Position numbers and translations under genes: made by a program. 64,000 bases of DNA from Aulosira sp. ZfuVER01 (GTDB taxonomy: Bacteria > Cyanobacteriota > Cyanobacteriia > Cyanobacteriales > Nostocaceae): assembly GCA_034530615.2 (NCBI GenBank), contig JAVRCV020000016.1:23085-87084 (forward strand), in the 5' to 3' direction. The notes under the pieces were generated by a model. That model searched no databases, was not told the origin of the DNA, and worked only from the letters and a program-made list of their open reading frames with translations. Position 1 is the first letter of the stretch; each line of letters starts with the position of its first letter. Below are positions 30,042 through 40,497 of the stretch, piece after piece.

Positions 30042-30081
30042 CGAAAAGTCTGAGCGGAGGCTTCCCCCGCTCAGACTTTTC
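30042..30081. repeat. Hairpin / dispersed repeat between convergent genes (possible terminator)
   Basis: GAAAAGTCTGAGCGG..CCGCTCAGACTTTTC 15-bp stem. Confidence 0.6.
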
Positions 30082-30220
30082 AAGACAGATAAATATCGGT
30101 GTTTATCTGCGTTTATCTATGGTTTGATATTCAAAAGGATAGTTGTGCCTGATGAATTGATGATGGTGAATTGTGAAACAGCCAATTCCCATTTTGCTGT
30201 CAAGATTTTTCAGAATTCAA

Positions 30221-31684
30221 TCAGCCAACACCTAAGATACAGCCAACACGAGGGTCAAGCGACAACGAAAGTTGTTGGTTTTCTCCTTCATTGTGCCATT
30301 CCACCTCAGCATTGCCATATAAAAGTTTGTTAGGTTGAGTACGCAAACTGCTAATAGCAATATTTGCTTTTGCTGATGCTGTACCAGCATTAACAGCAAT
30401 AATCAATTCCTCAGTTCCTAAAGTTCTTGCAAAGACGTAAAGTTCCCCTTGAGCATAGAGAACTTGATAATCACCTATACGCAATGATGGGTAACTATGC
30501 CGGAGGGCAATTAATTGGCGGTGAGTTTGGAGTATTTCACGATCCCAGCTAGCTTCTAGGGGAAAGCCACGGCGTGAATCGGGATCTATAGCACCAGGTA
30601 AACCAACTTCATCACCATAGTAGACGCTAGGGGCACCAGGAAAAGTAAGTAACAATAAGGTGGCTAATTCTACACTAGGTTTATCCCCCCCAGAAATAGT
30701 CATTAACCTTGCGGTATCATGACTTGCTAGTAAATTTAATTGGGTAAGCTGAATTTCCCAAGGGTACAGTTGTAATACTTCTTGAATTTGGGCAGCATAC
30801 TCAGCAGCAAATAAAGGTGGGTAGGGTTTATAGTCGCGGCTTTGCACTTGATCTAAGACTACGCGATCGCCTGCGGCAAAGGCGATGGTTGGCCCAGCAA
30901 AGAGATAATTCATCACGCCGTCAAATTGAGTTCCATCTAGCCACTCACGAGAATCTCCCCAAACTTCACCGACAATATAAGCTTCAGGATTAATCGCTTT
31001 AACGCGATCGCGAAATTCTTGCCAAAAACCAGGTGTTTTAATTTCAAAAGGCACATCTAACCGCCAACCGTCAATGCCAAATTTAATCCAATATTCGGCA
31101 ATTTCCATAATATATTCCTTAACTTCAGGGTTGCCGTGGTTAAATACTGGCAAAGCGCGATTTCCTCCCCAACCTTCATAGTTAGCAGGGAAATCACCGT
31201 TATAGGCTGAAAGGGGCCAACCTTCCACCTTGAACCAATTCACCCAAGGGGAATGAGGGCCATTTTCTAAAACGTCGTGGAAAAAGAAAAAGCCTCGGCT
31301 GGAGTGATTGAAGACTCCATCCAAAACAACTTTGATATTGCGTTGATGGGCGGCGTCTAGCAATTCCTTAAAAGCTTCGTTGCCTCCCAAGAGTGGATCG
31401 ACTTGATAATAATCGTGGGTATGGTAGCGATGATTACTAGCGGATTGAAAAATTGGCGTGAAGTAGACAGCGTTAATCCCTAAATCCTGTATGTAATCCA
31501 AACCCTCCATAATGCCCCATAAATCCCCGCCTTTGTAGCCTTGGAGTGTTGGCATAGCTTCCCAATCCTCCCAACGGGCCTCACGTAAGAGTCGTTTGCG
31601 AGGCTGTTTGCTTCTAGCAAAGCGATCTGGAAAGATTTGGTAGAAAACAGCGTGTTTAACCCAGTCTGGTGTTTGAATTTGCAT
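30221..31684 (-). CDS. Glycoside hydrolase family 13 (neopullulanase/cyclomaltodextrinase-like)
   Basis: FYQIFPDRF, DGVFNH, GWRLDV, GEVW, SHDTAR, YYGDEVG. Confidence 0.93.
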   Translation of the reverse strand: MQIQTPDWVKHAVFYQIFPDRFARSKQPRKRLLREARWEDWEAMPTLQGYKGGDLWGIMEGLDYIQDLGINAVYFTPIFQSASNHRYHTHDYYQVDPLLGGNEAFKELLDAAHQRNIKVVLDGVFNHSSRGFFFFHDVLENGPHSPWVNWFKVEGWPLSAYNGDFPANYEGWGGNRALPVFNHGNPEVKEYIMEIAEYWIKFGIDGWRLDVPFEIKTPGFWQEFRDRVKAINPEAYIVGEVWGDSREWLDGTQFDGVMNYLFAGPTIAFAAGDRVVLDQVQSRDYKPYPPLFAAEYAAQIQEVLQLYPWEIQLTQLNLLASHDTARLMTISGGDKPSVELATLLLLTFPGAPSVYYGDEVGLPGAIDPDSRRGFPLEASWDREILQTHRQLIALRHSYPSLRIGDYQVLYAQGELYVFARTLGTEELIIAVNAGTASAKANIAISSLRTQPNKLLYGNAEVEWHNEGENQQLSLSLDPRVGCILGVG

Positions 31685-32282
31685 AAATTACTTTCTATAC
31701 CTACAGGAGCGATCGTTGCAAATAATAGCTTCTTTGTGGTTCTTACTTGTGGTAGATAATTATGCAAATCTCAAATATTGATTGTTACACCCTATCTTCT
31801 GGCTGTAAGGAAAATGTTACTTATAGAAAATGGTTTAACTACTGCATATAATTTCTCCAAATGCTTATCTGTTTAGTAATTGATGAATTAATTAATAATT
31901 CTTTATTTTTCTCTATTGAACTTTGTCCGTAATAATTGAGGTAGATACTGGAGCAATAAAAAGCATTATCGAAAATAACTTTAGTTACTAATCATAATTA
32001 GCAATACCTATGCTTCATTGGATTGAAAATTATTATAGGAGCCTGTAATTAGTTAATTTCTCCCTCTAGCAACGGATGAAAGAATAATGCTCTTAGTCAC
32101 TTCTTGTTTGTTCGCTGGCTTCTGCCTTGTGTTTTTGGGAAGTTATTTGCACTTTGAGCAAAACTTTAGATAACTATAATCGCAACTAAGAATATAAGCT
32201 AAAAAATTACCATTTTGGTATTTATGCTAAAACAACTAAGATTACTAAAACCAATAGATTTATTTAGGGAATTCACATAGAC

Positions 32283-34022
32283 GTGGAGACAAATATGAGA
32301 CCAGAAAAACTTTCTGCTGGGTTACTTTTGGCATATCAAGACTATCAAAATGAAGGTGAGCAAGCTTTAACAACGCACAAGCGATCGCTTGGTCTAATAG
32401 CCTCTAAAAGCGCTGTCAAGCCAACTAAAAGTATTGTTTTTCTCTACTGCGAACCTGATGCAGACTTGAGTCATTTAGAACAGTATGGAATTCGTGTGAA
32501 TCAGAACTCCGGGAGTGTGCGAACGGCTTTCTTACCGTTACAGGCTTTAGATGCTTTATCTGAAGAAGATGTCATCCAGCGGATTAAACCATCCCGCAAA
32601 CTCCATCTACGCATGGATGTTGCACCAGGAAAAGTAAAACTGCCAGATTTTAAAAGCAAAACGGGATTGACTGGGAAGGGAGTCATCATTGGCATTATAG
32701 ACAGTGGCATTGACCCCAAGCACCCTGCCTTTGCCGGACGGATTTTACACATTTGGGATCAAACCCTGCCAGGCCCAGGAGTTAAAGAAGGTGACTATGG
32801 GGCTGAATTTGCAGGAGAACAACTTAGTGTTTCTCAAGATACTGAAGGTCATGGCACTCATGTCGCCGGAATTGCTGCTGGTGCAGATGAAAACTATTCA
32901 GGAGTAGCACCAGAAGCAGAATTGGTCATCGTCAAGTCCGATTTACAAGATGCCCATATTGCCGATGCTGTCCGCTATGTTTTTCGCATAGCTGAGGAAT
33001 TAAAACGACCAGTAGTGCTAAATATGAGCTTAGGTGGACACGCTGATGCTCATGATGGTAGTGACTCTCTTTCGCGGATTATTGACGCTGAAATTGGGCC
33101 AGGAAGGATTGTTTGTTGTGCAGCTGGTAACGAAGGGAACGACAACATTCACGGTCAAGCAAGCGTACCTGCACAAAAGTCACGCAATATGCGCTTTAAT
33201 GTGCCTTTGAATCAAGTAGGCATAGTATGGTTAAACGGTTGGTATGATGGTGACAGCGAGTTAGAAATATCACTGCGCAGTCCCAACGGTTTCGTTACGC
33301 CCTTCCAAAAAATCATTACTGAGGGAAATCCTACGCAAAATTACCAATTGCCAGATTCGCGGGTAGAAATTGTGACACCAGCCCCAGATAAAGGCAATGG
33401 CGACCACAATTTCTTTGTGCAAATTCGTGGTAATGGCCCTTCGCCAGTTATGGGGGGTATTTGGCAGTTGCGAGTACGTAATACAAGTTCCACTGACACA
33501 CGCTTGGATGTATGGACTCTTGACGATCACTCCTCAGTATTTTTTACAGGTAAAAGTGTTAAAGACTGTATAAAAATCGGCTCACCAGGAGCAGCTAGCA
33601 GTGCCATAACAGTTGCCGCTTATACTACAAAAGTTCAGTACACAGATATTGATAATCAGGTGCGAGACATGGGCTTAGATCTGGATACAATATCCGAGTT
33701 CAGTAGTGAAGGGCCATTGCGTAATGATGGGCAAAAACCAGATATAGCCGCCCCAGGAGCAATGATTGTTTCTACACTATCTGCAAATGCTAATTGCGAT
33801 CGCTCAATGATGCTCAATTCCAAGTTTGTGGTAATGGCTGGTACAAGTATGGCAACACCATTTGTGACTGGTTTAGTAGCATTGCTACTACAACGCGATC
33901 CCAAGCTCGATCCAGCTACTGTGAAAGATTTGCTACGCAAAAATAGTTCTATCCCTGGTAAACCTCAAGGAACTTTTGATAGCAAATGGGGTTTTGGTGT
34001 GATTAATACAGCAAATCTGTAA
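32283..34022 (+). CDS. S8 subtilisin-like serine peptidase with prodomain and inserted domain
   Basis: Triad motifs IIDSG, GHGTHVAG, GTSMATP; AAGNEG. Start 32283 GTG or 32295 ATG. Confidence 0.92.
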   Translation: METNMRPEKLSAGLLLAYQDYQNEGEQALTTHKRSLGLIASKSAVKPTKSIVFLYCEPDADLSHLEQYGIRVNQNSGSVRTAFLPLQALDALSEEDVIQRIKPSRKLHLRMDVAPGKVKLPDFKSKTGLTGKGVIIGIIDSGIDPKHPAFAGRILHIWDQTLPGPGVKEGDYGAEFAGEQLSVSQDTEGHGTHVAGIAAGADENYSGVAPEAELVIVKSDLQDAHIADAVRYVFRIAEELKRPVVLNMSLGGHADAHDGSDSLSRIIDAEIGPGRIVCCAAGNEGNDNIHGQASVPAQKSRNMRFNVPLNQVGIVWLNGWYDGDSELEISLRSPNGFVTPFQKIITEGNPTQNYQLPDSRVEIVTPAPDKGNGDHNFFVQIRGNGPSPVMGGIWQLRVRNTSSTDTRLDVWTLDDHSSVFFTGKSVKDCIKIGSPGAASSAITVAAYTTKVQYTDIDNQVRDMGLDLDTISEFSSEGPLRNDGQKPDIAAPGAMIVSTLSANANCDRSMMLNSKFVVMAGTSMATPFVTGLVALLLQRDPKLDPATVKDLLRKNSSIPGKPQGTFDSKWGFGVINTANL

Positions 34023-34190
34023 TTAGATTGGGAGACGCGAGAAATTTAAATATTTAAATAGTGGATATCGCGTCTCTTAAATTAAGATTTTTTACTATAT
34101 TGTAAAGACAATATTAACTTCTGAAGCATTATTAAATACTTATTGGTATATCTTAATTGGTATAAATTTTGATAAACTAATAATTCTACA

Positions 34191-34841
34191 ATGATTATTC
34201 TTCGTATTCAAGAACTGATTGCAGGGAAAAATAATCAGATAAGTTTAGAGCAACTTAGTAAACTTTCAAATGTTTCCGTAGAAGAGATTCAGTCATACTC
34301 AAATATTGAGAATCCCACAGATGAAATTGCGACAAAACTCAGAAAAATAGCAAAGCAACTAAATATATCTGTAGTCGAGTTAGTTGAACCAGTAAACAAA
34401 CAACAAGCTTTTAAACTCAAGATATCTGAAATAGCTAAAAGTAAGGGCTTAACACTTAAAGAATTGAGTGACATTTCCGGTATCCACCCTGCTTTTATTG
34501 AATTTTATAGTACACAGGCTATAAGAGAACAAACATTAGTAGAATCTTTATGCCAGACACACCTTAATCAAATCTGTGAAATATTAGGTTACAATCTAGT
34601 AGATTTGCAGGTTCCAGCCGAGTTGGCAGTTACTAAGCTGCGTTTAGAAGAGATCGTAAGGGAAAGAGGTATTACTTTAGAAAAATTGAGTCTTCTTATG
34701 GGATTACCCCATGAATTTTTAGAATTTGTTGTTAATCAGCCTGTAAATATTTCTGAATTGTCTTGTGAATTCTGTTGCCAAATATTGGGACAAAATAATT
34801 GCGGAAAATGCAATTGTAATCAGTTAAATAACATAGTTTAA
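34191..34841 (+). CDS. Protein with three Xre/Cro-like HTH repeats and Cys-rich tail
   Basis: Repeats LRIQEL..ISLEQLSKLSNV, LKISEIAKSKGLTLKELSDISGI, LRLEEIVRERGITLEKLSLLMGL; tail SCEFCCQILGQNNCGKCNC. Confidence 0.7.
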   Translation: MIILRIQELIAGKNNQISLEQLSKLSNVSVEEIQSYSNIENPTDEIATKLRKIAKQLNISVVELVEPVNKQQAFKLKISEIAKSKGLTLKELSDISGIHPAFIEFYSTQAIREQTLVESLCQTHLNQICEILGYNLVDLQVPAELAVTKLRLEEIVRERGITLEKLSLLMGLPHEFLEFVVNQPVNISELSCEFCCQILGQNNCGKCNCNQLNNIV

Positions 34842-35046
34842 ATATTTTCTACATATTATTACATACATATTTATTTTAACTTTGTATCAATAGCTCTAAA
34901 GCCAAGCCCAAACTAAAATATTTTTTATGCAAACAAAATTATTGGTAGCCTAAAATATGCTCATAAATTTCCTTTTTTATCTGATTCATAAAATTACAAA
35001 AATTGTATTTATTATAATGTGTTTATAATTTTAAATATAAAATTTT

Positions 35047-37080
35047 ATGAATAATAGCAATAATATTAAAAATTTTAATTTTACTGCCTGTAGTATAACT
35101 AATAAAAATTTTCAAAACGCACGGGCAGGACATATTTTACATAAAACTATTTTAATAGTTACTATAGGCATTATTATTTCATTGTTTTGTGGTATATTAC
35201 CTGTCGTATCGGCAAATTCATTGGTAATTATTATAGATAATTTAATAAAAAAACCTAATTTAATTATTTTTATTGTGATAAATATAATTTTATACTTTTA
35301 CAGCCTTTTTTTTATTGTTAATAGAGGTTTTAAAGTAATTGCATTTACGTTTATAATTTCACTAATTATCATTGGTACAATTGCTACTAGTTTCCTAAGA
35401 TACCAAAATAGTAATTATATTTCTCAATTGTTAATCCAAACACTTTTTTTGGGATTAAGTATAGTTTTTGCTTGGCTTGGAGTAATTACTACAGCTTTTA
35501 CTATAACCTTTAATTACCTATTTTTGGGAAGGTTAGCAGAAGTTATAACATCTTTTGAAGCTATTATTACAGCTTCAATTTTAGCAGCATGGTCACAAGA
35601 TATTTCACAATCGATATATGCTAAAATTATTATTATATTTATATCAATTATTCTGATAATAATAGGCGCAATTATATCAAGGTTAACATTAAAAAATTCG
35701 GGAAATTTCTATTGGATTCGTGAGAAAGTTGTGTTTTGGGCTGCAACTGGTGGAACATCTTTTTATGGAGCAGATTTAACAGATGCTTGCTTTGATGGAG
35801 CAGATTTAAGACATACAGACTTTAGAAAAGCAAATCTTACCCGTGCTAGCTTTAAAGATGTTACTGGTTTAGAATTAGCTAGACTCCAAGGCACTATATT
35901 AGAAGATTCTAGAGTTAGAAAGCTATTAACTACTAAGAATGGTCAAGGTGAAGATTTTACGGAAGCAAATTTGCAAGGTGCAAATTTACAAGGTGCAGAT
36001 TTAAGAGAAGCAATTTTAGTTAAAGCTCAAGTATTAGATGCAGATTTTTCGGGCGCATTCCTAACAGATTCCTGTATTCAAAATTGGAATATTAACCATA
36101 ACACTCGCTTTCAGAATGTTGACTGTCAGCGTGTTTACTTAAAGCGTAGTTTACATGGACATTTTTTAGAGCCAAAACCAGATAGTGGAGAATTTAAACC
36201 TGGAGAATTTGAAAAATGGATTACAGATGTTAGAGATACCATTGACTTGATTTTTCAAAATGGACTTAACTGGAGAGCTTTTGCCTTTTCTTTGACTCAA
36301 ACTGCTATTAATAATGAAGGTCTAGGTTTATCTGTTCGCAGTATAGAGAATAAAGGTGATGGTGTCGTTGTTGCTAAAGTTGGTGTTTCTTTAGAAACTA
36401 ATAAAAATGCTATTCACGAAGAAATTACAACTCACTATCATCAAGCAGTACAAGCAATTGAGGCAAAATACGAACTCGTTCTCCAAGCCAAAGAAGGGGA
36501 AATACAAAGATTAAAAACTTTCCATGATTCGCAGCAAAAATTTATTCAAGGATTAATTACGGGAATTGCTGAAACAAAACGGGAAGTTATTATTAAAGGT
36601 GAAGGCAATCGTGTATACATGATGAATCAAGCGGGTGACATTATGGAAAGTAATAATCAAAGTATTCGTGCAGGTGGGGATGTAGATATGTCTAGCGGTA
36701 ATAAAATTACCGTAGGCGGAGATGTTACAAATTCCAACCTGACACTGGCAGATGCTAACAGCCAAGTTAGTAACTCAATTCAGCAACTTAGAGATATTAG
36801 TACTGAGACTAGCGACCAGCTAGCGAAGATTTTAACTACCTTGCAAAAATCTATTACTGATGATTCTGCACTTTCTGATAGTCAAAAGAAAGAGGCATTA
36901 GAAGCAGTAGAAACTATAGCAGAGGAAGGGAAAAAACCACCTGGGGAAAGAGTGCTTAAACTCTGTTCGTTAGCCGTAAATGCCCTCAAAGGTGTGACAT
37001 CTGCGATTACAGATACCAGTAAACTAGCTGAAGTCTTCAAAACTTATTTGCCTACCATTACCAGCTTACTAGGTCTTTAA
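35047..37080 (+). CDS. Membrane-anchored pentapeptide repeat protein
   Basis: About five TM helices, GGTSFYGADLTDACF and ANLQG pentapeptide repeats, C-terminal helical domain; very AT-rich 5' half. Confidence 0.85.
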   Translation: MNNSNNIKNFNFTACSITNKNFQNARAGHILHKTILIVTIGIIISLFCGILPVVSANSLVIIIDNLIKKPNLIIFIVINIILYFYSLFFIVNRGFKVIAFTFIISLIIIGTIATSFLRYQNSNYISQLLIQTLFLGLSIVFAWLGVITTAFTITFNYLFLGRLAEVITSFEAIITASILAAWSQDISQSIYAKIIIIFISIILIIIGAIISRLTLKNSGNFYWIREKVVFWAATGGTSFYGADLTDACFDGADLRHTDFRKANLTRASFKDVTGLELARLQGTILEDSRVRKLLTTKNGQGEDFTEANLQGANLQGADLREAILVKAQVLDADFSGAFLTDSCIQNWNINHNTRFQNVDCQRVYLKRSLHGHFLEPKPDSGEFKPGEFEKWITDVRDTIDLIFQNGLNWRAFAFSLTQTAINNEGLGLSVRSIENKGDGVVVAKVGVSLETNKNAIHEEITTHYHQAVQAIEAKYELVLQAKEGEIQRLKTFHDSQQKFIQGLITGIAETKREVIIKGEGNRVYMMNQAGDIMESNNQSIRAGGDVDMSSGNKITVGGDVTNSNLTLADANSQVSNSIQQLRDISTETSDQLAKILTTLQKSITDDSALSDSQKKEALEAVETIAEEGKKPPGERVLKLCSLAVNALKGVTSAITDTSKLAEVFKTYLPTITSLLGL

Positions 37081-37096
37081 CCCGAATTTCTCACTC

Positions 37097-37954
37097 ATGC
37101 AAACCGATCCAAAACCTGGGACACTTTACGTTGTTGGCACTCCTATTGGCAATTTGGAAGATATTACCTTTCGGGCGGTGCGAATTTTGCAAACGGTGGA
37201 TCTGATTGCTGCGGAAGATACCCGCCACACAGGGAAACTGCTACAACATTTTCAAATTAAAGTTCCTCAGGTGAGCTATCACGAACACAATCGTACCAGC
37301 CGAATTCCGGAATTATTAGAGCATTTGGCTAATGGTAAGGCAATTGCTTTAGTCAGCGATGCGGGTATGCCGGGAATTTCCGATCCAGGGTATGAACTGG
37401 TGAAAGGCTGTGTGGAAGCGGGAATATCTGTAGTTCCGATTCCTGGTGCGAGTGCTGCAATTACAGCTTTAAGTGCATCTGGATTACCAACGGATCGGTT
37501 TGTGTTTGAAGGTTTTCTCTCAGCCAAAAGCCAACAACGGCGAGAATATTTAGAATCATTGCAAACAGAATCCCGCACTTTAATTTTCTACGAATCGCCT
37601 CACCGTTTGCGTGATACTTTACAAGACTTAGGAGAAACGTTCGGAAGCGATCGCCAAATTGTCCTCGCTAGGGAACTCACCAAATTTTACGAGGAATTTT
37701 GGCGCGGCACAATTGCCGATGCGATCGCTCACTACAGCCAGCGCGAACCCCAAGGCGAGTATACTCTAGTGATAGCAGGAACTCCAGCCACTCAACCTCA
37801 ACTCACAGAAGCGGAAATCAAAGCCGAACTCGAACAATTAATCCGTCAGGGAATATCGCGATCGCAAGCTAGCCGTCAATTAGCAAAATTCTCTTCCCTA
37901 CCGCGTCGTCAAATCTATCAATTAGCTCTCTCGATTGTGCTTGATTCTGAGTAG
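37097..37954 (+). CDS. rsmI: 16S rRNA C1402 2'-O-methyltransferase
   Basis: LYVVGTPIGNLEDIT, AAEDTR, SDAGMPGISDPG, YESPHR, RELTK. Confidence 0.96.
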   Translation: MQTDPKPGTLYVVGTPIGNLEDITFRAVRILQTVDLIAAEDTRHTGKLLQHFQIKVPQVSYHEHNRTSRIPELLEHLANGKAIALVSDAGMPGISDPGYELVKGCVEAGISVVPIPGASAAITALSASGLPTDRFVFEGFLSAKSQQRREYLESLQTESRTLIFYESPHRLRDTLQDLGETFGSDRQIVLARELTKFYEEFWRGTIADAIAHYSQREPQGEYTLVIAGTPATQPQLTEAEIKAELEQLIRQGISRSQASRQLAKFSSLPRRQIYQLALSIVLDSE

Positions 37955-38113
37955 GGATGCGTTATTTGACTTTCTAGGCAATGGCACTAAGCTGTTCCAA
38001 AAATATCCATCTCATTTATTTCAGTATAAATTTTGATACTAATCTAGTATTTACCCTGTAGTATTACTGATTTTTATTAATTATGATTATCTTAAAAAAT
38101 AAAATCAAAAAAT

Positions 38114-38458
38114 ATGAGCAGGCTGTTAATTAAACTCATAGGTTTATTCTTACTTTTTCTGGGCTTATACTTTTTTGGACAAAATATCATATTTGCTACT
38201 GGTTACTATTCATATTTTTATCGCAAGATACCTGCAACTGGTTCAGTTTTAGCAATCATGGCTGGCGTGTTGTCATTAATCTTTTTTCGCAGAGAAACTG
38301 GTAACTTAGGATGGATTTTATTAGGCGTAGGAATAGTTTTAGTTTTCTTAAGCGGCGGAGTTATTTTAAGACCAACTAGTTTGTGGAATTTTTTGGTTGC
38401 TTTTACAGCATTAGCAGCCGGATATAAATTGCTCACACAGGGCAGAATCAACTTTTAA
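38114..38458 (+). CDS. Hypothetical membrane protein (about four TM)
   Basis: 114-aa hydrophobic ORF with ATG start. Confidence 0.7.
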   Translation: MSRLLIKLIGLFLLFLGLYFFGQNIIFATGYYSYFYRKIPATGSVLAIMAGVLSLIFFRRETGNLGWILLGVGIVLVFLSGGVILRPTSLWNFLVAFTALAAGYKLLTQGRINF

Positions 38459-38717
38459 AATAAAGCTATAAAAGTAGCAAATATTACTTAGCCATACCGT
38501 AATATAGTCAGGAAAATTTGACGTGCGATCGCCCCCTATTCTCGACTTCCATAGCGATGGCGTTATAGCATAAATATTTGCCACATTTACGAAGTTCCAA
38601 TAACCTACCTCAACACCAAAAATTGCACTTTGTAATAGTTGTTGGGTAGGGGAGTTTTGCTAAGTTAGGGGCTGCTATTACAATGGAAACTGATCGATCA
38701 TGAGGATACAGTAAGCA

Positions 38718-38897
38718 ATGACCCAGGTGGTTTTAGGAGAGAACGAAGGAATAGACTCAGCACTGCGTCGGTTTAAACGCCAGGTTTCAAAAGCTGGTAT
38801 ATTAGCTGACGTAAAGTATCATCGGCACTTTGAAACACCGTTGGAAAAAAAGAAACGTAAGGCAGTGGCAGCTAGACGCAAGAGACGTTTTAAATAA
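38718..38897 (+). CDS. rpsU: 30S ribosomal protein S21 (not in ORF track)
   Basis: [66 protein letters not shown] upstream. Confidence 0.96.
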   Translation: MTQVVLGENEGIDSALRRFKRQVSKAGILADVKYHRHFETPLEKKKRKAVAARRKRRFK

Positions 38898-39121
38898 ACC
38901 TATTTTGGTGGTAGCGCTGTTTGAAGACAAGTTCTTAAACAAGCAACAAGACGTTGCCATGATTCTTACAAAAATTAACAAAGATTTACCGCACCCCTGT
39001 TAGGGGTGTGAGTTAATTCCTTTCCCCAAGTGTGGGGCGTCTCAAATGTCTTAAATATGGTTGGATGGAGTAAGCGATAATCGCTACCCATCAACCAAAA
39101 TCAGTTTAAAAAACCGTTTAG

Positions 39122-39763
39122 CTAAGACTCAGAAGTATCGATAGTGCGGCTATTACAACGGTTCATCGCCTTTTCTACTCCTTGTTTGAGGGTGAGTTCT
39201 ACGCACTCAACCACAAATTGAAGTACAAGAGACATCATTTGAGTTTCGCTAGCAGAAAAACGTCCAAGCACATGGGATACAGCCCCAGAATCGTCATTAT
39301 TTGCTGCACCTTTTGGTTTACCAATACCGATTCGCAAACGTGGGAAGTTTTGAGAACTCAAATGTGCGATCGCACTTTTCATTCCATTATGCCCCCCAGC
39401 AGAACCAGACAAGCGCAAGCGAGTCTTTCCTAGCGGCAAATCCATCTCATCATAAATTACTAATACCGACTCTGGCGGCAATTTATACCAACTAGTTACT
39501 GCCTGTATAGCCTGTCCTGAGCGATTCATGTAAGTCAACGGCTTGAGCAAGCGGATTTTACCCCCAACTGGCGCAACACCTTCACCGAATTGCCCTTGAA
39601 ACTTCCGATTTTCTGCTAAAGGAATTTGCCACGAACGCGAAAGCGCATCAACAGCCGCAAAGCCAATATTATGGCGCGTTTGGTCATATTTAGGCTCTGG
39701 ATTCCCCAACCCGACAATTAGCTGGGGAATCACCAAAGCTGGTTTTGTAACAGCCTCTGTCAT
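39122..39763 (-). CDS. pth: Peptidyl-tRNA hydrolase
   Basis: LIVGLGNP, TRHNIGF, KPLTYMNRSG, GGHNGM, RLRIGIG. Confidence 0.96.
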   Translation of the reverse strand: MTEAVTKPALVIPQLIVGLGNPEPKYDQTRHNIGFAAVDALSRSWQIPLAENRKFQGQFGEGVAPVGGKIRLLKPLTYMNRSGQAIQAVTSWYKLPPESVLVIYDEMDLPLGKTRLRLSGSAGGHNGMKSAIAHLSSQNFPRLRIGIGKPKGAANNDDSGAVSHVLGRFSASETQMMSLVLQFVVECVELTLKQGVEKAMNRCNSRTIDTSES

Positions 39764-39798
39764 TTTGACTCTAGTCAATCGATATGCAGCACTTAACT

Positions 39799-40071
39799 TT
39801 AGCCTTTTGGCGAAGAACTAGCAGTGTCATGCTCCAATTGTGCTGATTCGATTTGCTTAGGTTCAAGTTCAGCAGTAGTCTTGACAGCTTGTTCTAGTTG
39901 TTCGGCTTCTCGCTTAAACTCGGTTTGAAATTCGTTAGAGGCTTCTTGAAAGCCACGAATTGCTTTACCCAAGCTACGACCAATTTCTGGCAACTTTTTC
40001 GGGCCAAAGACTAATAGTGCCACTACCAAAATTACAGCCATTTCCGGCAGACCAATACCAAATATATTCAT
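39799..40071 (-). CDS. tatA: Twin-arginine translocase subunit TatA/E
   Basis: [31 protein letters not shown]. Confidence 0.93.
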   Translation of the reverse strand: MNIFGIGLPEMAVILVVALLVFGPKKLPEIGRSLGKAIRGFQEASNEFQTEFKREAEQLEQAVKTTAELEPKQIESAQLEHDTASSSPKG

Positions 40072-40177
40072 GGGTGTTCTCCTATAAATCTACAGAGCAA
40101 GCAGGGAAGGAGAATACTATCTTCCCATTTATCTATGTTGACTTGTTTTAGATTATTTTTTTCAATATGAAATCTAC

Positions 40178-40200
40178 AAAAAAACCCGGACGATCCGGGT
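40178..40200 (-). terminator. Intrinsic terminator downstream of psbH
   Basis: Minus strand ACCCGGATCGTCCGGGT followed by a T run. Confidence 0.7.
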
Positions 40201-40241
40201 GTCGCTTCGCTAATTCTAAAATCTCAATAGCTTTGTATAAG

Positions 40242-40445
40242 TTAACGACCTATACTGCGCCAATCAACAAATACATCCTGGATCAGGATGGTCTTGTTAT
40301 AGACTTGCAGAATAATCAGCAGAAAAACGAAGAATAATAGCATAAAAACAGCCATTACAGGTGTAGTTCCCCAACCCGGAGAAACTTTACCATACTCAGA
40401 GTTCAAGGGTCTCAGTATATCTCCCAACCTAGTCCTTTGTGCCAT
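40242..40445 (-). CDS. psbH: Photosystem II protein PsbH
   Basis: [31 protein letters not shown]. Confidence 0.97.
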   Translation of the reverse strand: MAQRTRLGDILRPLNSEYGKVSPGWGTTPVMAVFMLLFFVFLLIILQVYNKTILIQDVFVDWRSIGR

Positions 40446-40497
40446 AGTCCCCCTAAGATTACTTGCCAAAGCTTTTTTTTATCTTCTGTAATATTCT

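Noticed and set aside
29983..30333. 116-aa ORF after the fasciclin gene
   Set aside because: Runs through dispersed repeats and overlaps the GH13 gene antisense; no protein-like features.
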